Shown here in pieces: positions 60,924 through 64,000 of a stretch of DNA of 64,000 bases. The number at the start of each line of letters is the position of its first letter. Position 1 is the first letter of the stretch. The stretch is from Candidatus Woykebacteria bacterium (GTDB lineage Bacteria; Patescibacteriota; Microgenomatia; Woykebacterales; RBG-16-39-9b), in NCBI GenBank assembly GCA_040876345.1, contig JBBDPM010000006.1, positions 6,803 to 70,802 of the forward strand, written 5' to 3'. A program made the position numbers and the translations under genes. The notes beneath the pieces were generated by a model. The model ran no database searches. It was not told where the DNA came from and saw nothing but the letters and a program-made list of their open reading frames with translations.

Positions 60924-62147
60924 ATGGATCAAAACCAAATACCCGTCCCTATTAGTCTCACCCACCTACCAAAATCTCAAGATAATAATCCAGAAATCCA
61001 AGCTGACCATCCTAAAAAAAGGCTATTGTTAAATAAAAAAATTTCCTTCGCCTTTTTAGGCTTGTTAATAACGGTTGGCGGCGCCTTTATTGTTGTTTTA
61101 CCACGCGCCCAGACCGTGAGATTTGCAGGCTCTGCAAGAGAATCTTTATCTACCTCTTTCACTAATCTAGATTCCGTAAACTCTTCCCTCAATTCCCTTT
61201 TCAAGTTCGCAACAAGCTCAGAAGATAGTGTTAAACTTACCAAATTAACTGACACTTTTGAAAAATTTGATTTGATTTTGGGGGCAATTACGGAAAATGG
61301 CCCAGAACAAAAGGCAGAAGACGCTAACTTGGGCGTAAGACTATCTTTATTAGTGAGAACCTTAACTGGTGTGTTTCAAAATCTTGAGATTTCAGAGCAA
61401 GGCGAGGTTTTGTTTAAAGAAAAGGTAAAGGGCTTCACCACACCCGCCAATGATCCCCGTAAACTTTATCGTGACCAAAGAGATCTTGCTACAAAAGTAC
61501 TCTCATCTGTGAAATCTTCTGAAAACTCTCTAGAAATATTGGAGAAAAGTCTTGGGAAAAACCAAACCCCAAGTTCCTTATCCTCCCTTAAAAAGGATTT
61601 ATCAGACATTCGGGAAAGCTCCGAAAAGTACACTTCGGAAGCGGAGAAAACCGGTAACTATTATGTTCTTATATCTGATCTTTCAATTGAACTTGAAGGG
61701 GCTTTTGAGACCTTTCAACTCTCACTGGACTCGACCAACAACGTATCTTCCTTAGTTTCAAGTTTTGATGAGGCTTCAAAAAGCCTAAAGAAGCTAAAGG
61801 GAAGTCTTGACTCAATTCCTGAAAAGGAGCGACCAAAAGGAATAGCCGACTTACACAACGACTCAATAGAGCTTTTTGACTTGGTAATAAAGTATTTTGA
61901 CTCATTGAAAGTATCCGCAATTAAACAAGACGAAAATGCTATACTAGATCTGTCACTAAAAACTTCGGTAAAATTAAACCAGTTAGTTTTGGCAGGCAGA
62001 GACCACGAAATATCGTTTTGGAAGAATAATGAAAATCTAAATTCCTACGATAGTTTAAGTGATAGTCACACCAAAGTCCTAAGTCAGTTGGAAAAGACAA
62101 AAGAAGAGAGCAACATATTCGTGTTGAAATTCATGGGGGTAAGATGA
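60924..62147 (+). CDS. Membrane-anchored helical hypothetical protein
   Basis: Single TM followed by long amphipathic helices. Confidence 0.75.
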   Translation: MDQNQIPVPISLTHLPKSQDNNPEIQADHPKKRLLLNKKISFAFLGLLITVGGAFIVVLPRAQTVRFAGSARESLSTSFTNLDSVNSSLNSLFKFATSSEDSVKLTKLTDTFEKFDLILGAITENGPEQKAEDANLGVRLSLLVRTLTGVFQNLEISEQGEVLFKEKVKGFTTPANDPRKLYRDQRDLATKVLSSVKSSENSLEILEKSLGKNQTPSSLSSLKKDLSDIRESSEKYTSEAEKTGNYYVLISDLSIELEGAFETFQLSLDSTNNVSSLVSSFDEASKSLKKLKGSLDSIPEKERPKGIADLHNDSIELFDLVIKYFDSLKVSAIKQDENAILDLSLKTSVKLNQLVLAGRDHEISFWKNNENLNSYDSLSDSHTKVLSQLEKTKEESNIFVLKFMGVR

Positions 62148-62728
62148 GCTTTAAAATTTGTGTTTCTGGCGCAGCTGAAGGAGATTGTGTTAATAAGGAG
62201 ACCCTAGAAAAAGCTGAAAAAGTAGGGGGGTCTATCGCCAAAGCAGGAGCAGTATTAATCACCGGGGCCACGACTGGAATACCGCATGCAGCCGCCAAAG
62301 GAGCAAAAAAGAAAGGCGGAATGTCAATTGGCTTCTCTCCAGCGGCCAGTAGAGGAGACCATATTAACCGCTATCACTTACCAACTAATTATCTTGATCT
62401 AACCGTTTACACAGGCTTTGGATACGCTGGAAGAAATTTGATTTTAACTAGAAGCGCTGATGCAGTAATTATTGCCTGTGGCCGTATTGGCACTCTAAAC
62501 GAGTTTACAGTGGCCTTTGAAGACAAAAAACCGATTGGTATTTTAGAAGATTCTGGTGGAGTTGCGGATGAAATCGAAGAACTCACCCGAATTGCTCATA
62601 AACACGAATGCAAAGTTCTATACGATTCAGATCCAGAAAGCTTGGTTAAGGGTTTGATAGAGGATCTAAAAGCAAAGTACCGCGAAGATAAAGAGAAACT
62701 TTCGCCCATCGGCCATCCTCCAGATTAA
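62144..62728 (+). CDS. LOG/TIGR00725-like Rossmann-fold protein
   Basis: LITGATTG, GRNLIL, GRIGTLNE. Confidence 0.85.
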   Translation: MSFKICVSGAAEGDCVNKETLEKAEKVGGSIAKAGAVLITGATTGIPHAAAKGAKKKGGMSIGFSPAASRGDHINRYHLPTNYLDLTVYTGFGYAGRNLILTRSADAVIIACGRIGTLNEFTVAFEDKKPIGILEDSGGVADEIEELTRIAHKHECKVLYDSDPESLVKGLIEDLKAKYREDKEKLSPIGHPPD

Positions 62729-62731
62729 AAC

Positions 62732-63373
62732 GTGCACAAGACTAACTCAATTAACAAAGTTCTAAATATTTTACAAAAAACTTATGCTGGGCAAAAAGGA
62801 GCCGTGGAACTTGGTGATCCTTATAAAGTCTTATTCGCAACTATAATTTCCCAAAGAAACAAAGACGAGCTCACTGAAATTGTAGCGGCTAGATTGTTTA
62901 AAAAATATCCGAGCGTAGAGTCCCTTTCAAAAGCAGATACAACCGACTTGGCAAAAATTATTTATCCGTCTGGCTTTTACAACACAAAAGGAAGAGTTAT
63001 GGTTGAAGCTGCTAAAGAGATCGCTGATAGATTTGCTGAGAATATTCCCAATCGAGTTGAAGAACTTACTTCATTGCCAGGGGTTGGACGTAAAACTGCC
63101 AATTGCGTGCTCGTTTATGGCTACAATCTACCCGCGATAATTGTCGATACTCATGTTCACCGCATTAGCCAAAGACTTGGTTGGCTAAAATCAAAAAATC
63201 CAGAAGAGACCGAAGTTAAACTCGGAAGAATCGTCCCCAAGAAATACTGGAAAATCATCAACACCGTGATGGTAAAGCACGGTAAATCAATCTGTTTACC
63301 GATTGGTCCTAAATGCCACATTTGCCCAATATTAAATTACTGCCCCTATGGTCAGAATCGAGTTAAAAGTTAA
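62732..63373 (+). CDS. nth: Endonuclease III
   Basis: HhH LPGVGRKTAN, VDTHVHR, 4Fe-4S motif C-x6-C-x2-C-x5-C. Confidence 0.95.
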   Translation: MHKTNSINKVLNILQKTYAGQKGAVELGDPYKVLFATIISQRNKDELTEIVAARLFKKYPSVESLSKADTTDLAKIIYPSGFYNTKGRVMVEAAKEIADRFAENIPNRVEELTSLPGVGRKTANCVLVYGYNLPAIIVDTHVHRISQRLGWLKSKNPEETEVKLGRIVPKKYWKIINTVMVKHGKSICLPIGPKCHICPILNYCPYGQNRVKS

Positions 63374-63430
63374 GGTTGCGGGTAAGATCCAAGAGGGAGT
63401 AAAATGCAATTAGAAAGAAGGTGAGGACGT

Positions 63431-63688
63431 ATGGCCAAGGAAAAAGAAATAGGAAAAGTTAGTCATTTCTACGACAAAATAAGTGTCGGTGTAGTAAAGC
63501 TATCTGACAAATTAAAGGTGGGGGATAAAATCCATATCCAAGGCTCCCACGATGATTTTAAGCAAACCGTGGAAAGCATGCAACTTGAGCACAAACCGAC
63601 TGATGAAGCTAAGAAGGGTAACGAGGTTGCAATAAAAGTGGCGCAAAAAGTCCACGACAACGACAAGGTTTACAAAGTGGAAGACTGA
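63431..63688 (+). CDS. Small beta-barrel protein (EF-Tu domain II / U32 C-terminal-like)
   Basis: IGKVSHFYDKISVGVV...LKVGDKI...QTVESMQ; SD GAAGGTGA. Confidence 0.8.
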   Translation: MAKEKEIGKVSHFYDKISVGVVKLSDKLKVGDKIHIQGSHDDFKQTVESMQLEHKPTDEAKKGNEVAIKVAQKVHDNDKVYKVED

Positions 63689-63719
63689 AGTTAATTTTTG
63701 ACTTTTGAACTAATTTATT

Positions 63720-64000
63720 ATGTATATAGGGATTGATATTGGTGGTACCCACATCAGAGTCGCCAAAGGATCGGGCAGAAAAATTTCAGAAAAAGTTGAT
63801 TTTCCCACAAAAACGTTTGCCGAAAACAGAAACGAGATTGCAAACGCTGTATCTAAATTGGGCAGTGATGGTGTGAAGATGGTCGGCGTCTCCGCTCCGG
63901 GACCAATTGGGTACCGAGACAGCAAAATTATCGATCCAAACAAATTTACAGGTTGGACCGGCATGGATTTAAAAAAAGAGCTGAGCGAGGCCTTAAACCT
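63720..64000 (+). CDS. ROK-family sugar kinase (partial, runs off the window)
   Basis: MYIGIDIGGTHIRVA...GVSAPGPI...PN...GW. Confidence 0.85.
   Translation, partial: MYIGIDIGGTHIRVAKGSGRKISEKVDFPTKTFAENRNEIANAVSKLGSDGVKMVGVSAPGPIGYRDSKIIDPNKFTGWTGMDLKKELSEALN

Overview
Bacterial chromosomal window using the standard code 11 (TGA is a stop). It looks like a Patescibacteria/CPR (Microgenomates-like) genome. This is inferred from an AT-rich core, a ThrS without the N-terminal TGS domain, a PheT without the OB domain, a degenerate HolB, a monoderm-type type IV pilus locus with no secretin here, and mostly leaderless genes. Core content: clpP, tRNA-Val(GAC), thrS-tsaC-infC-rpmI-rplT, a Phe T-box upstream of aroF-pheS-pheT, a class A PBP, tyrS, recG, rpmF-nusB-acpP-rnc-rpsP-khpA-trmD, a 13.5 kb pilus cluster, holB-gyrB-(orphan)-gyrA, glyA, a Xer recombinase, dinB and nth. 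About ten short, visibly GC-richer islands carry orphan ORFs, often with their own promoters, strong Shine-Dalgarno (SD) sites and structured leaders. The strongest candidate for a new system is at 2523-3670: a Leu/Val leader-peptide attenuator that controls no ilv/leu gene. It is instead followed by a non-canonical CCA-ending tRNA-like RNA and three small orphan ORFs. Other notable items: an ACP lacking the canonical phosphopantetheine serine, a stand-alone FabF, a probable ACG start for infC, several candidate structured RNAs, and two orphan genes with in-frame TAA-CT stops. All calls come from reading the sequence only; no searches were run.
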